In this document: positions 45,382-55,234 of the stretch, one piece after another
Layout of the letters: every line of letters starts with the position of its first letter
How positions within the stretch are numbered: the stretch's first letter is position 1
Program-made: the position numbers and the translations under genes
Origin: an uncultured Lachnospiraceae bacterium
Lineage (GTDB): Bacteria; Bacillota; Clostridia; Lachnospirales; Lachnospiraceae
Direction of reading: 5' to 3'
NCBI GenBank assembly: GCA_902803745.1
Contig: CADCRB010000115.1
Span: 1 to 55,234, forward strand
DNA length: 55,234 bases
Notes under the pieces: model-generated
The model's database searches: none
What the model saw: the letters and a program-made list of their open reading frames with translations, nothing else
What the model was told of the DNA's origin: nothing

Positions 45382-46380
45382 ATGGAAAAGATTAGCAAAT
45401 TACACGGCGCAGGAGGGATTTCCACTGCCAAGCTCATAGATGAAGTATTTATCGGTGCTTATTCGAATTCCTTTTTGGAGGGTCTTTCCGATTCTGCCGT
45501 AGTTCCCGGAGCAGAGAGAATTGCCGTTACGACGGATTCATTTGTTGTAAGACCGTTGTTCTTTCCGGGAGGGGATATAGGGAGGCTTGCTGTATGCGGT
45601 ACCGTTAATGATCTTCTTATGAACGGAGCAAAACCCGAATATATTACAGCAGGATATATACTTGAGGAAGGGTTGGATATCGCCGATCTTAAAAGGATCG
45701 CCGGATCTATGGCAAAGACAGCCGAAGAAGCCGGCGTAAAGATTGTAACAGGTGATACAAAGGTCATTGAGCCGGTGGATGCCCGACAACCGGGACTTAT
45801 CATCAATACTTCGGGCATAGGATTTGTCGATGACGGTACGGATATTTCTCCTTCAAGGATCGAGGAGGGGGATACGGTGATTCTTTCAGGCAATCTCGGG
45901 GATCATCATGCAGCGATACTCGGAAGTCGTATGTCTATAAAAAATCATATTGCATCCGATAATGCTCCTCTTACGGAGATGGTTACAGGTCTTATGGATA
46001 ACGGTATAGATATACATGCCATGAGAGATGTCACACGCGGCGGTCTCGCTACCATATTAAATGAATTAGCTGTTGCCTCAGGAAAGCATATTTCTATAGA
46101 AGAAACTGCCATTCCTGTTTCAGGCGAAGTCGCCGAATTTAGCAGGTTATTGGGACTTGATCCTCTTAATATGGGAAATGAAGGCAAGTGTGTTATTATT
46201 CTTCCTCAGGAAGAATCAGAAAAAGCTCTAAATATTATTAGGAATTCAAAATACGGCCGGAATGCCTGTAGGATAGGCGTTGTCTATGAAGATGCAACAG
46301 GGGTTACTCTGAAAACACGCATCGGAGGTGAAAAAATCGTATCATCTCTCTACGGAGAGGGCCTGCCGAGGATATGCTGA
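45382..46380 (+). CDS. hypE: hydrogenase expression/formation protein HypE
   Basis: HGAGG, TTDSFVV.P.FFPGGDIG, GDTKV, RD.TRGG, C-terminal PRIC. Confidence 0.96.
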   Translation: MEKISKLHGAGGISTAKLIDEVFIGAYSNSFLEGLSDSAVVPGAERIAVTTDSFVVRPLFFPGGDIGRLAVCGTVNDLLMNGAKPEYITAGYILEEGLDIADLKRIAGSMAKTAEEAGVKIVTGDTKVIEPVDARQPGLIINTSGIGFVDDGTDISPSRIEEGDTVILSGNLGDHHAAILGSRMSIKNHIASDNAPLTEMVTGLMDNGIDIHAMRDVTRGGLATILNELAVASGKHISIEETAIPVSGEVAEFSRLLGLDPLNMGNEGKCVIILPQEESEKALNIIRNSKYGRNACRIGVVYEDATGVTLKTRIGGEKIVSSLYGEGLPRIC

Positions 46381-46465
46381 AGCAGCCTGCTTTTTCTTTG
46401 ATGCTTCAAAAACAGTTAAAACTTCCGGATATTGTTCTTCTTCTGTGAAAAAATGATGTTTTGTG

Positions 46466-46494
46466 TTGACAATCTTCACAGAGGGTGGTAGATT
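46466..46494 (+). promoter_or_regulatory. sigma-A promoter of the hrcA operon
   Basis: TTGACA - 17 nt - TAGATT with TG extension. Confidence 0.8.
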
Positions 46495-46506
46495 ATGATT
46501 TGATGA

Positions 46507-46533
46507 TTAGCACTCGACCGAGCTGAGTGCTAA
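46507..46533. promoter_or_regulatory. CIRCE element (HrcA operator)
   Basis: Perfect TTAGCACTC-N9-GAGTGCTAA just downstream of the promoter. Confidence 0.97.
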
Positions 46534-46562
46534 CGAAAAGAGGTACAGGCAAGGAGGGGCTG

Positions 46563-47621
46563 ATGCCAAAGGAAGCACCGCGTATTGCAGAACTTGATGA
46601 TAGAAAAGTAAAAATTTTGGTTGCAGTCATTAGAAATTACCTTGAAACGGGGGAGCCTGTTGGAAGCCGTACTATATCCAAGTACACGGATCTGAAACTA
46701 TCCAGTGCTACCATACGGAATGAGATGTCCGATCTTGAGGAGATGGGTTATATATTCCAGCCACATACCAGCAGTGGCAGGATACCTACTGACAAAGGAT
46801 ATAGATTCTATGTGGACAATCTCATGAGCGAAAAAGAGCGTGAGATTCAGGAGAAAGAAGAGCTTATTATAGAGAAAGCGGATAAGCTTGAGGAGGTGCT
46901 TAAACAGGCCGCAAAGCTTCTGGCGGCAAATACAAACTATACTGCATTAGTCAGCACACCGGAGACTCACAGAAACAAGCTAAAGTTTCTCCAATTGTCA
47001 AAGGTGGAGAAAGATTCGGTTCTTGCCGTTATTGTTGTGGAGGGTAATATCATCAAGAATAAGATGATACATACCGAGGAGGAGATAGACGAGGATACCA
47101 TATTAAAGCTGAACCTGCTGCTTAATACGCATCTGAATGGTTTGTCTCTTGAGGAAATAAATCTTGGACTCATTACTCTCCTGAAAGAGCGGGCGGGAAT
47201 TCATACAGAAATAGTGAGCTCGGTCATAGATGCGGTAGCAGATGCGATTAGGGCTGATGAGGACCTCGAAATATATACATCAGGCGCTACAAATATATTT
47301 AAGTATCCGGAACTTACTGATTCGGGCAAGGCAACAGATATAATAAATACCTTTGAAAATAAGGAAGAGCTTGAAAAGATAGTCAATACGTCGTTGTCAG
47401 AGAATAATGCCGGCAGAAAAGAAATGCAGGTATATATCGGAAAGGAAATGTCAAGCCCAGCTATGCAGGATTGTTCTGTAGTAACGGCAACATATGAGCT
47501 TGGAGACGGAATGAGAGGAACTATAGGAATAGTTGGACCCAAGAGGATGGATTACGAAAAGGCAATGGGGACAATGAAGAGTCTTATGAACCAGCTTGAT
47601 GAAATATATAATAAGAAATAG
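46563..47621 (+). CDS. hrcA: heat-inducible transcription repressor HrcA
   Basis: EPVGSRT, SSATIRNEM, PHTSSGRIPT.KGYR, GPKRMDY; ATG 46563 after AAGGAGG. Confidence 0.97.
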   Translation: MPKEAPRIAELDDRKVKILVAVIRNYLETGEPVGSRTISKYTDLKLSSATIRNEMSDLEEMGYIFQPHTSSGRIPTDKGYRFYVDNLMSEKEREIQEKEELIIEKADKLEEVLKQAAKLLAANTNYTALVSTPETHRNKLKFLQLSKVEKDSVLAVIVVEGNIIKNKMIHTEEEIDEDTILKLNLLLNTHLNGLSLEEINLGLITLLKERAGIHTEIVSSVIDAVADAIRADEDLEIYTSGATNIFKYPELTDSGKATDIINTFENKEELEKIVNTSLSENNAGRKEMQVYIGKEMSSPAMQDCSVVTATYELGDGMRGTIGIVGPKRMDYEKAMGTMKSLMNQLDEIYNKK

Positions 47622-47636
47622 TGGAGGATATGAATC

Positions 47637-48260
47637 TTGGGAAAAAATAAAGAAAAGACAGAAGAAGCCGAAGAAGTTCTGAAGGATGAAGAGATAGAAG
47701 ATACTTCAGAACAGGAGGAGATGCCAACCGGGGAGACAGCCGGGACTGAGGAAGCGGAACCCGATGAACCGGTGGAAGACCAGGGCGAAAATGAGGAGTC
47801 CGGTGATAAAGAAGAGGATCCAAGGGATAAGAAGATTGCAGAGCTGAATGATAAAGTAGTACGGCAGATGGCGGAATTTGACAATTTCCGTAAGCGAACC
47901 GACAAGGAAAAATCCGAGATGTTTTCTAACGGAGAGAAGACAGTCATAGAAACTGTACTGCCGGTTATAGATAACTTTGAAAGAGCGCTTGAGATGGCAT
48001 CAGAGGATGAGGAGAAGAAAAATGATCCGTTTATCGAAGGTATGGACAAGGTATACAAGCAGCTTATGGACGGGCTGGAAAAGCTGGGGGTTAAGCCGAT
48101 AGAGGCTCTCGGCAAGGACTTTGATCCCAATCTGCACAATGCGGTGATGCAGGAGGAGTCAGAGGAATATGAGTCAGGTAAGGTCTGTAAGGAGCTTCAA
48201 AAAGGATATACGTTGAATGATTCAGTCGTAAGACACTCAATGGTGTCGGTGGCAAAATAA
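47637..48260 (+). CDS. grpE: nucleotide exchange factor GrpE
   Basis: AEFDNFRKR, LPVIDNFERA, FDPNLHNAV, QKGY; TTG start. Confidence 0.96.
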   Translation: MGKNKEKTEEAEEVLKDEEIEDTSEQEEMPTGETAGTEEAEPDEPVEDQGENEESGDKEEDPRDKKIAELNDKVVRQMAEFDNFRKRTDKEKSEMFSNGEKTVIETVLPVIDNFERALEMASEDEEKKNDPFIEGMDKVYKQLMDGLEKLGVKPIEALGKDFDPNLHNAVMQEESEEYESGKVCKELQKGYTLNDSVVRHSMVSVAK

Positions 48261-48275
48261 GAGGAGGAAACAGCA

Positions 48276-50177
48276 ATGAGTAAAATAATCGGAATCGATC
48301 TTGGAACAACAAATTCCTGCGTAGCAGTAATGGAAGGCGGAAAGCCTACGGTCATAGCAAACGTAGAAGGAATGAGAACCACTCCTTCGGTGGTGGCGTT
48401 TACGAATAACGGAGAGAGGCTTGTCGGTGAGCCTGCTAAAAGACAGGCAGTTACAAATGCGGACAGGACCATATCCTCTATAAAGCGCGATATGGGAACC
48501 GACAGGGGGCGCACAATAGACGATAAGAAGTATTCGCCTCAGCAGATATCAGCCATGATACTTACAAAGCTCAAGGCTGATGCAGAGAGCTATCTCGGAG
48601 AGAAGGTTACAGATGCCGTCATTACGGTTCCTGCGTACTTCAATGATGCTCAGAGGCAGGCGACAAAGGATGCCGGTAAGATCGCCGGACTTGAAGTGAA
48701 GCGTATTATCAACGAGCCTACGGCAGCGGCGCTGGCTTATGGTCTTGATAACGAAAAAGAGCAGAAGATCCTTGTGTATGACCTTGGAGGAGGTACCTTC
48801 GATGTATCAATCATAGAGATAGGCGATGGTGTCATAGAGGTACTTGCGACCAACGGCGATACTCATCTCGGAGGAGATGATATTGATAATGTTGTATCAA
48901 AGTACATGGTAGATGATTTCAAGAATAAGGAAGGCATTGATCTGTCAAATGATAAGATGGCAATGCAGCGTATTAAGGAAGCAGCGGAGAAAGCAAAGAA
49001 AGAGCTCTCAAGCGCAACCACTACCAATATCAATCTGCCTTTTATAACGGCTACGGCAGACGGACCCAAGCACTTTGATATGAACCTGACAAGGGCAAAA
49101 TTTGAAGAGTTGATCCATGATATAGTTGAGAGAACCACCATACCCGTTCAAAATGCAATGAAGGATGCCGGACTTAATAATTCCGATCTTGGAAAGGTGC
49201 TGCTGGTAGGTGGATCGACACGTATTCCCTGCGTACAGGACAAGGTAAAGCAGCTCACAGGACAGGAGCCTTCAAAGACTCTCAACCCGGATGAATGCGT
49301 TGCCATAGGAGCTTCCATACAGGGTGGAAAGCTGGCAGGAGATGCCGGTGCCGGTGATGTACTTCTTCTGGATGTTACACCTCTTTCACTGTCTATTGAG
49401 ACAATGGGAGGTGTTGCGACAAGGCTCATAGAGAGGAATACCACTATTCCGACAAAGAAGAGCCAGATATTCTCTACGGCTGCCGATAATCAGACTGCAG
49501 TAGATATCAATGTACTTCAGGGTGAGAGACAGTTTGCTGCAGATAATAAGAGTCTTGGGCAGTTCAGACTGGACGGAATTCCTCCTGCAAGAAGAGGAAT
49601 GCCTCAGATAGAAGTTACTTTTGATATCGATGCAAATGGTATCGTAAATGTATCTGCAAAGGATCTTGGTACCGGCAAGGAGCAGCATATTACCATAACC
49701 GGAGGATCCAGTATGTCTGATGATGAGATAGACAAGGCTGTGAAGGATGCACAGCAGTACGAGGCAGAGGATAAGAAACGTAAGGAAGCGATAGATACCA
49801 AAAATGATGCAGATTCGTTTGCATTCCAGACAGAAAACGCTCTTAATGAAGTCGGCGACAAACTGGATGCAGCTGCAAAGAGTGAGGTTGAGGCAGACCT
49901 CAACGCGCTGAAGGAAATCCTTTCCAAGCATACAGATGCGGCAAGCCTTTCCGAAAGCGATGTAGATGAGATCAAGGCAGCCAAGAGCAAGCTTGAGACA
50001 TCTGCGCAGAAAGTATTCTCCGCGATGTATGAGAATATGCAGCAGTCTCAGGGAGCAGGTCCTCAGCCGGGTCCCGCTCCGGATATGGGCAACATGGGCG
50101 GGGGAAACTCTGACAGTGGCTCATCATCTGATGATTCCGGTCCGGATGTGGTAGATGCGGACTATAGGGAAGTATGA
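48276..50177 (+). CDS. dnaK: molecular chaperone DnaK
   Basis: [33 protein letters not shown]. Confidence 0.99.
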   Translation: MSKIIGIDLGTTNSCVAVMEGGKPTVIANVEGMRTTPSVVAFTNNGERLVGEPAKRQAVTNADRTISSIKRDMGTDRGRTIDDKKYSPQQISAMILTKLKADAESYLGEKVTDAVITVPAYFNDAQRQATKDAGKIAGLEVKRIINEPTAAALAYGLDNEKEQKILVYDLGGGTFDVSIIEIGDGVIEVLATNGDTHLGGDDIDNVVSKYMVDDFKNKEGIDLSNDKMAMQRIKEAAEKAKKELSSATTTNINLPFITATADGPKHFDMNLTRAKFEELIHDIVERTTIPVQNAMKDAGLNNSDLGKVLLVGGSTRIPCVQDKVKQLTGQEPSKTLNPDECVAIGASIQGGKLAGDAGAGDVLLLDVTPLSLSIETMGGVATRLIERNTTIPTKKSQIFSTAADNQTAVDINVLQGERQFAADNKSLGQFRLDGIPPARRGMPQIEVTFDIDANGIVNVSAKDLGTGKEQHITITGGSSMSDDEIDKAVKDAQQYEAEDKKRKEAIDTKNDADSFAFQTENALNEVGDKLDAAAKSEVEADLNALKEILSKHTDAASLSESDVDEIKAAKSKLETSAQKVFSAMYENMQQSQGAGPQPGPAPDMGNMGGGNSDSGSSSDDSGPDVVDADYREV

Positions 50178-50241
50178 TAAAGGTCTGCAGACAGCGGACT
50201 AAGGGACAGGATAACGTTGAACCTGTCGGATAAAGAGGGAT

Positions 50242-50272
50242 TTTGACACATGCTATCAGGGCATGTGTCAAA
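50242..50272 (+). terminator. dnaK-dnaJ intergenic hairpin (partial terminator or mRNA stabiliser)
   Basis: TTTGACACATGC-7 nt-GCATGTGTCAAA 12-bp perfect stem. Confidence 0.65.
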
Positions 50273-50314
50273 GCCTGTTTATTAAGATTAAATTAAAATT
50301 TGGAGAAAACCATA

Positions 50315-51490
50315 ATGGCAGAACAGAAAAGAGATTATTATGAAGTGCTCGGAGTCGATAAGGGCGCTGACGAAGAGACATTAAAAAAAGCGTACAGAAA
50401 ACTTGCTAAGAAATATCATCCCGATGCCAATCCCGGAGATAAGACTGCCGAGGCAAAGTTTAAGGAGGCTTCTGAGGCATATGCCGTTCTGTCGGATCCT
50501 GATAAAAGGAGAAAGTACGACCAGTTCGGTCATGCTGCATTTGACGGGGCAGGCGGAGGCGCCGGAGGTTTCGGTGGCTTTGGAGACTTCAGTTCCATGG
50601 ATTTCACGGATATGTTTGGTGATATATTCGGTGATCTCTTTGGCGGGAGAAGCAGGGCAAACAGGACCGGACCGAGAAAAGGCGCAAATCTTCGGACCGC
50701 CGTGCGCATATCTTTTGAAGAAGCCGTATTCGGCTGCGAAAAGGAGATAGAACTTACCTTGAAGGATGATTGTCCGAAGTGTAAAGGTACAGGATGCAAA
50801 CCAGGTACCAGCAAAGTGACCTGCTCAAAATGCGGGGGAAAGGGTCAGATAGTCTTTACTCAACAGTCTCTTTTCGGAACAGTCCAAAATGTGCAGACCT
50901 GTCCTGACTGCCGTGGCACGGGGCAGATGATAAAGGAGAAATGTCCGGACTGTTACGGGACCGGGTATATTGCGTCAAAGAAAAAGATCCAGGTATCCAT
51001 ACCTGCAGGAATAGACAACGGACAGGCAGTTCGCATAAGAGATAAGGGGGAACCCGGAAGTAATGGAGGACCAAGAGGGGATCTGCTTGTAGAGGTGGAT
51101 GTGTCAAGGCATCCTATATTCCAGAGACGGGATATGGACATATATTCTACGGCTCCAATTTCCTATGCTCAGGCGGCACTTGGCGGTGACGTAATGATAG
51201 ATACCGTGGATGGGAAGGTAGTCTATAATGTAAAGGCCGGCACACAGACCGATACAAGAGTACGGCTTAAAGGAAAGGGTGTACCTTCACTCAGAAATGC
51301 AAATACAAGAGGCGACCAGTACGTAACCCTTATTGTTCAAGTGCCTACAGGTCTTAACAATCAGGCGAAGGAAATGCTCAGGCAGTTTGATGCTGCCACA
51401 GGTGATTCCCTTAACTATGTGGCGCGGCATGAAAATGACGCAGCTAAGGAAAATGCAAAGGGAAAGAAAAAGAAGGGAATGTTCAAATAA
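50315..51490 (+). CDS. dnaJ: molecular chaperone DnaJ
   Basis: J domain with HPD, G/F-rich region, four CxxCxGxG repeats. Confidence 0.98.
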   Translation: MAEQKRDYYEVLGVDKGADEETLKKAYRKLAKKYHPDANPGDKTAEAKFKEASEAYAVLSDPDKRRKYDQFGHAAFDGAGGGAGGFGGFGDFSSMDFTDMFGDIFGDLFGGRSRANRTGPRKGANLRTAVRISFEEAVFGCEKEIELTLKDDCPKCKGTGCKPGTSKVTCSKCGGKGQIVFTQQSLFGTVQNVQTCPDCRGTGQMIKEKCPDCYGTGYIASKKKIQVSIPAGIDNGQAVRIRDKGEPGSNGGPRGDLLVEVDVSRHPIFQRRDMDIYSTAPISYAQAALGGDVMIDTVDGKVVYNVKAGTQTDTRVRLKGKGVPSLRNANTRGDQYVTLIVQVPTGLNNQAKEMLRQFDAATGDSLNYVARHENDAAKENAKGKKKKGMFK

Positions 51491-51496
51491 ACTCAC

Positions 51497-52690
51497 ATGT
51501 TCAGATCGTTCCTTATAAAATATGGAGAGATAGGAGTCAAAGGGAAAAACCGTTACCTGTTTGAGGATGCTCTGATCAGGCAGATCAAATATGGCCTGAA
51601 AAGTGTAAACGGCGAATTTGCCGTGACAAAAGACAAGGGCGGGCGTATCTTCGTGGAAGTAAAAAGCGATGATTACGATTATGATGCGACCATAGATTCA
51701 CTGAAACACGTATTTGGTGTGATAGCCTTTTGTCCTGTAGTGCATGTGGAGGACACTTCTATTGAGAACCTTCGTAAAGAAATAGTAAACTTTGTAGGGG
51801 AGGTTTTTGAAGACAGGCATTTTTCATTTAAGATTAATACACGTCGCGCACATAAATCATATCCCATGACATCCATGGAAGTGGATGCTGCTCTCGGAGA
51901 AGCCGTATTGACGGCATATCCGGAGACTCACGTCGATGTGCATGATCCTGAAGTTGATATCAGGGTAGAGATAAGGGATATAGTCCATATTTATTCCAGA
52001 GAAATACCCGGAGCCGGAGGCATGCCTTTAGGAACAAACGGAAAGACCATGCTCCTGCTGTCTGGAGGGATAGATTCTCCGGTCGCCGGATATATGACGG
52101 CAAAGAGAGGGGTTATTCTGGACGCGGTTTATTTTCACGCTCCACCCTATACATCTGACAGGGCAAGACAGAAGGTTATAGATCTGGCAAAACTTCTGTC
52201 AAGATATTCCGGACCGGTCTATCTTCATATTGTTAATTTCACTGCTATACAGCTTGCGATATACGAAAAATGTCCTCATGATGAGCTTACGATAATCATG
52301 AGAAGATATATGATGCGGATAGCGGAGCATCTGGCGGAGAAGAATGATTGTCTCGGTCTGGTCACAGGAGAATCCATAGGCCAGGTCGCATCACAGACCC
52401 TGCAGTCTTTGTATGTAACTGACGCAGCGGTGAACACAATGCCTGTGTATAGACCTTTGATAGGTATGGATAAGCAGGAGATAGTGGATATGGCGGAAAA
52501 GATAGGCACTTATGAAACATCTATTCTGCCGTATGAGGACTGCTGTACAATATTTGTGGCAAAACATCCTGTAACAAAGCCTAAAAGGAGTATAATAGAA
52601 AAATCCGAGAGGAACCTTGAGGGTGTGATAGACAGTCTGTTAGCGGAGGCATATGAGACGGAAGAACTCGTTATCGTCGGACGTGACTGA
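51497..52690 (+). CDS. thiI: tRNA 4-thiouridine synthase ThiI
   Basis: YGEI..KGKNR, THUMP region, LLSGGIDSPVA, GQVASQT, EDCC. Confidence 0.95.
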   Translation: MFRSFLIKYGEIGVKGKNRYLFEDALIRQIKYGLKSVNGEFAVTKDKGGRIFVEVKSDDYDYDATIDSLKHVFGVIAFCPVVHVEDTSIENLRKEIVNFVGEVFEDRHFSFKINTRRAHKSYPMTSMEVDAALGEAVLTAYPETHVDVHDPEVDIRVEIRDIVHIYSREIPGAGGMPLGTNGKTMLLLSGGIDSPVAGYMTAKRGVILDAVYFHAPPYTSDRARQKVIDLAKLLSRYSGPVYLHIVNFTAIQLAIYEKCPHDELTIIMRRYMMRIAEHLAEKNDCLGLVTGESIGQVASQTLQSLYVTDAAVNTMPVYRPLIGMDKQEIVDMAEKIGTYETSILPYEDCCTIFVAKHPVTKPKRSIIEKSERNLEGVIDSLLAEAYETEELVIVGRD

Positions 52691-54314
52691 CAGAATACGT
52701 GTATTTGCTTTGTCGGCGCTCTTCGGAGCGCTTCTTTTTGTGATGATATACGGACCGTATGTCTTAAATCCGTTTTATGACGGATGGATCTTCATGACAG
52801 GGGAGAGGGATCTTCCCCAGCATTATCTTGGATTTTGTCTTTACAGATCAAGTCCCTGGCAGTTTCCCATAGGACTTGTGACCACGGCTTCGTTTCCGCA
52901 TGATATGTCGGTGATATATACTGATGCGATACCCCTTTTTGCCTTTTTGGGAAAGCTGCTGGATCCCCTGCTTCCACAGGTGTTTCAGTACCTGGGGATA
53001 TACGGGATGCTCTCCATGGCTTTAGCTGGAGGGATTGGCGCGCTGATCATCTATGAATATACATCTAGTATAAAGAATTCGTTTTTCGCATCCGTGTTTT
53101 ATTCGCTGAGCTGGTGCCTGCTGTACAGGATGTTTTATCATACATCACTTACTTCACATTGGCTTATTCTTCTGGCTTTTTACCTCTGGATAGTACTCGA
53201 TCTCAGGCGTAATATCGTAGGAAATTGTATGATACTTGTTATTTTCTCCATATGTGCGCTTTTGATACATCCCTATATTTGGGCGATGTGCGGTGGGATC
53301 ATTGCCATGGGGCTCATAGAACATCTGATAAAAAATAAGGACATTAAGGGTTTTCTTCTTTATGGCTTTGCATATTGTATTACAGGTATCGGATGTCTTT
53401 TTGCTTTTGGAGCATTCAGCGTAGGAAAGGGAGCCAGTCTTGGAGCGGGTTCATATGAAGCTAATCTCAATACCCTTTTTAATTCAATGGATTATGCACG
53501 GATCCCCGGGCTTCCGGTGGCGCTGCTTCAATATGAAGGATTTGGGTATCTTGGAGCAGGCGCTTTGGTATTAGTGCTGGCAGCAGTTGTTGTTTTATTG
53601 ATAAAGCGTGTAAAGATACAGATGAATCTTCACCGATGGCTGTTGCTTTTAACAGCCCTCTTTTTTACCGGGTTCAGTATTATCCCGGAAATTTCTTTTG
53701 GAAGTGACGTATTGGTTACCCTGCCTCTGGGGAAGATTTTCGGGACGTTTGTCGGAATATTCAGGAGCAACGGCCGATTTATCTGGCCGCTATGCTATAT
53801 GATCATAACATTCTCCATAGTATTTCTTTGCCAGCACCTTAATGAAAGAGAGTTTATGATACTTCTTCTATTATGTCTTGTCATCCAGGCAGCAGATATG
53901 AGTCCGTATCTGGCAGAGAAGCATAACGTTTTTGCAAAAGGTGACTATGAATACAGCGGGATACTGGACGGGATCGGGCCTTTGGATGATGTAGTGGACA
54001 GATACGATCATATAGTTATGGATATAAAGGATGGAGAGGTGGATCAGTATCTGAGTTATTATGCATATCTTCATGACATGACGACAAATGACTTTTATTA
54101 TGCCCGTCCTATCGAAAGCAAGGTCCAGAACACATTGGAAGCTCTTCGAAGCGATATGGAAAAAGGCAGGTATGACGACAGTATTCTGTATGTACTGGGA
54201 GCAGATAAGCTGTCTTTATATAAGGATTATGATCTGCATTTTTATGAGATAGAGGGACGATATCTGGCAAGTCACGAAAAAATTGAGGGATTAGAGGAGA
54301 AAGATAATAAATGA
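52683..54314 (+). CDS. DUF6311-like polytopic membrane protein (possible GT-C glycosyltransferase)
   Basis: D.PQH..G...YR.SPW.FP.G, YTD.IP, YEGF.YLG, FRS.GRF.WP; many TM helices; start uncertain (GTG 52683 or ATG 52653). Confidence 0.65.
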   Translation: MTDRIRVFALSALFGALLFVMIYGPYVLNPFYDGWIFMTGERDLPQHYLGFCLYRSSPWQFPIGLVTTASFPHDMSVIYTDAIPLFAFLGKLLDPLLPQVFQYLGIYGMLSMALAGGIGALIIYEYTSSIKNSFFASVFYSLSWCLLYRMFYHTSLTSHWLILLAFYLWIVLDLRRNIVGNCMILVIFSICALLIHPYIWAMCGGIIAMGLIEHLIKNKDIKGFLLYGFAYCITGIGCLFAFGAFSVGKGASLGAGSYEANLNTLFNSMDYARIPGLPVALLQYEGFGYLGAGALVLVLAAVVVLLIKRVKIQMNLHRWLLLLTALFFTGFSIIPEISFGSDVLVTLPLGKIFGTFVGIFRSNGRFIWPLCYMIITFSIVFLCQHLNEREFMILLLLCLVIQAADMSPYLAEKHNVFAKGDYEYSGILDGIGPLDDVVDRYDHIVMDIKDGEVDQYLSYYAYLHDMTTNDFYYARPIESKVQNTLEALRSDMEKGRYDDSILYVLGADKLSLYKDYDLHFYEIEGRYLASHEKIEGLEEKDNK

Positions 54315-54316
54315 AA

Positions 54317-54344
54317 GGACAAATACCTTATCAGGTATTTGTCC
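54317..54344. terminator. hairpin between convergent genes
   Basis: GGACAAATACCT-tatc-AGGTATTTGTCC 12-bp perfect stem, TTT following on the minus strand. Confidence 0.8.
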
Positions 54345-54385
54345 CCCACAATACATTATTTTATCTGATACCTTCCCCGAGCTGA

Positions 54386-54616
54386 TTATACAGAATAGGG
54401 TTCGAGAACCTTTAATACATCATCGATATTATCCTCTGCGTGGATATTAAGATCGATGGGCTTCGAAAGGTCAAGGCTGAAGATACCCATTATAGACTTT
54501 GCATCGATGACATATCTTCCGGAAACGAGATCAAAATCATAATCGAACTTCGTGATGTCATTAACAAATGACTTTACCTTGTCGATCGAGTTCAGTGAGA
54601 TCTGTACTGTCTTCAT
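54386..54616 (-). CDS. short HPr-family protein without the His15 region
   Basis: 76 aa; RYVIDAKSIMGIFSL Ser46 motif; no HARP motif; SD AAGGAGG. Confidence 0.9.
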   Translation of the reverse strand: MKTVQISLNSIDKVKSFVNDITKFDYDFDLVSGRYVIDAKSIMGIFSLDLSKPIDLNIHAEDNIDDVLKVLEPYSV

Positions 54617-54691
54617 ATCTAATCCTCCTTATTAACTCAAATCTTCATAAAATACAGATTATTCTTGTGTAAGTATCGCTACACGGGTATT

Positions 54692-54720
54692 ATGATAAAG
54701 TCGCATTTTATAATTGTCAA
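54692..54720 (-). promoter_or_regulatory. sigma-A promoter of the HPr-like gene
   Basis: TTGACA (54720-54715) - 17 nt - TATCAT (54697-54692). Confidence 0.75.
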
Positions 54721-54751
54721 TGATAAAACATGACGAAAAATAGTTTATTTT

Positions 54752-55234
54752 ATGGGTAAATCAGTCGCTTTTCACAATCTTGGATGCAAGGTCAACTCCT
54801 ATGAAACCGAAAAAATGATGAAGGAGCTGGCGAATACAGGGTATACTATTGTGCCATTTTACCAAAGAGCAGATATATATATAGTAAATACCTGCTCGGT
54901 GACGAATATTGCTGACAGAAAGTCAAGGCAGATGCTTCACAGAGCGAAAAAGCTTAATCCGGATGCGGTCATAGTTGCAGCGGGCTGCTATGTAAATACG
55001 CATACAGATCGAGAGATAAGGCTCGAGGGGGTCGATATCTGTATCGCAAATGAGCAAAAGAAGGATATTGCGGAAATCCTTAACCGGTATTTTGGAGATG
55101 AAGAAAGTATGAGCTGTGATCCGGCTTGCAGCAGTCAGCTTCCGGAGTCAATACATACAAGATGTTTTATCAAAGTACAGGATGGCTGCAACCAGTTCTG
55201 TACGTACTGTATTGTCCCTTATGCGAGAGGACGG
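54752..55234 (+). CDS. mtaB: tRNA t6A37 methylthiotransferase (3' end outside window)
   Basis: MGKSVAFHNLGCKVNSYETE, NTCSVT, AGCY and radical-SAM KVQDGCNQFCTYC read directly from the sequence (absent from the ORF track). Confidence 0.92.
   Translation, partial: MGKSVAFHNLGCKVNSYETEKMMKELANTGYTIVPFYQRADIYIVNTCSVTNIADRKSRQMLHRAKKLNPDAVIVAAGCYVNTHTDREIRLEGVDICIANEQKKDIAEILNRYFGDEESMSCDPACSSQLPESIHTRCFIKVQDGCNQFCTYCIVPYARGR

Noticed and set aside
47552-50271. Antisense ORFs over grpE/dnaK
   Set aside because: Familiar codon-bias artefact opposite highly expressed chaperone genes

Overview
Chromosomal core-genome window from a low-GC monoderm anaerobe; gene content and order look like Lachnospiraceae (Clostridia), which is an inference. 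Left to right: the tail of a pyrimidine operon (pyrC-pyrK-pyrD) running into folT-folC; a CheX-like gene; divIC-tilS-hpt-ftsH; a candidate ~95-nt small RNA; an 11-gene Tad/Flp (type IVc) pilus locus on the minus strand; CIRCE-controlled hsp20; LysR plus a signal-peptide-less GH9; an L-fucose/L-arabinose isomerase-family gene; uvrC-hprK-glcK-murB-rapZ-whiA(short)-HPr-like; fba; a cyclophilin; a PAKK-repeat protein; a GT-C-like membrane protein; an Ech-type [NiFe]-hydrogenase operon (echA-F) with hypF-C-D-(methyltransferase)-E; CIRCE-hrcA-grpE-dnaK-dnaJ-thiI; a DUF6311-like membrane protein; a second His-less HPr; and the start of mtaB. No mobile element, CRISPR array, tRNA or rRNA was seen. The most interesting unexplained signal is the candidate sRNA at ~9509-9603: two of its single-stranded C-rich segments are complementary, in colinear order, to the 3' UTR of the His-less HPr gene 45 kb away. 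All family names come from motif recognition by eye, not database searches.
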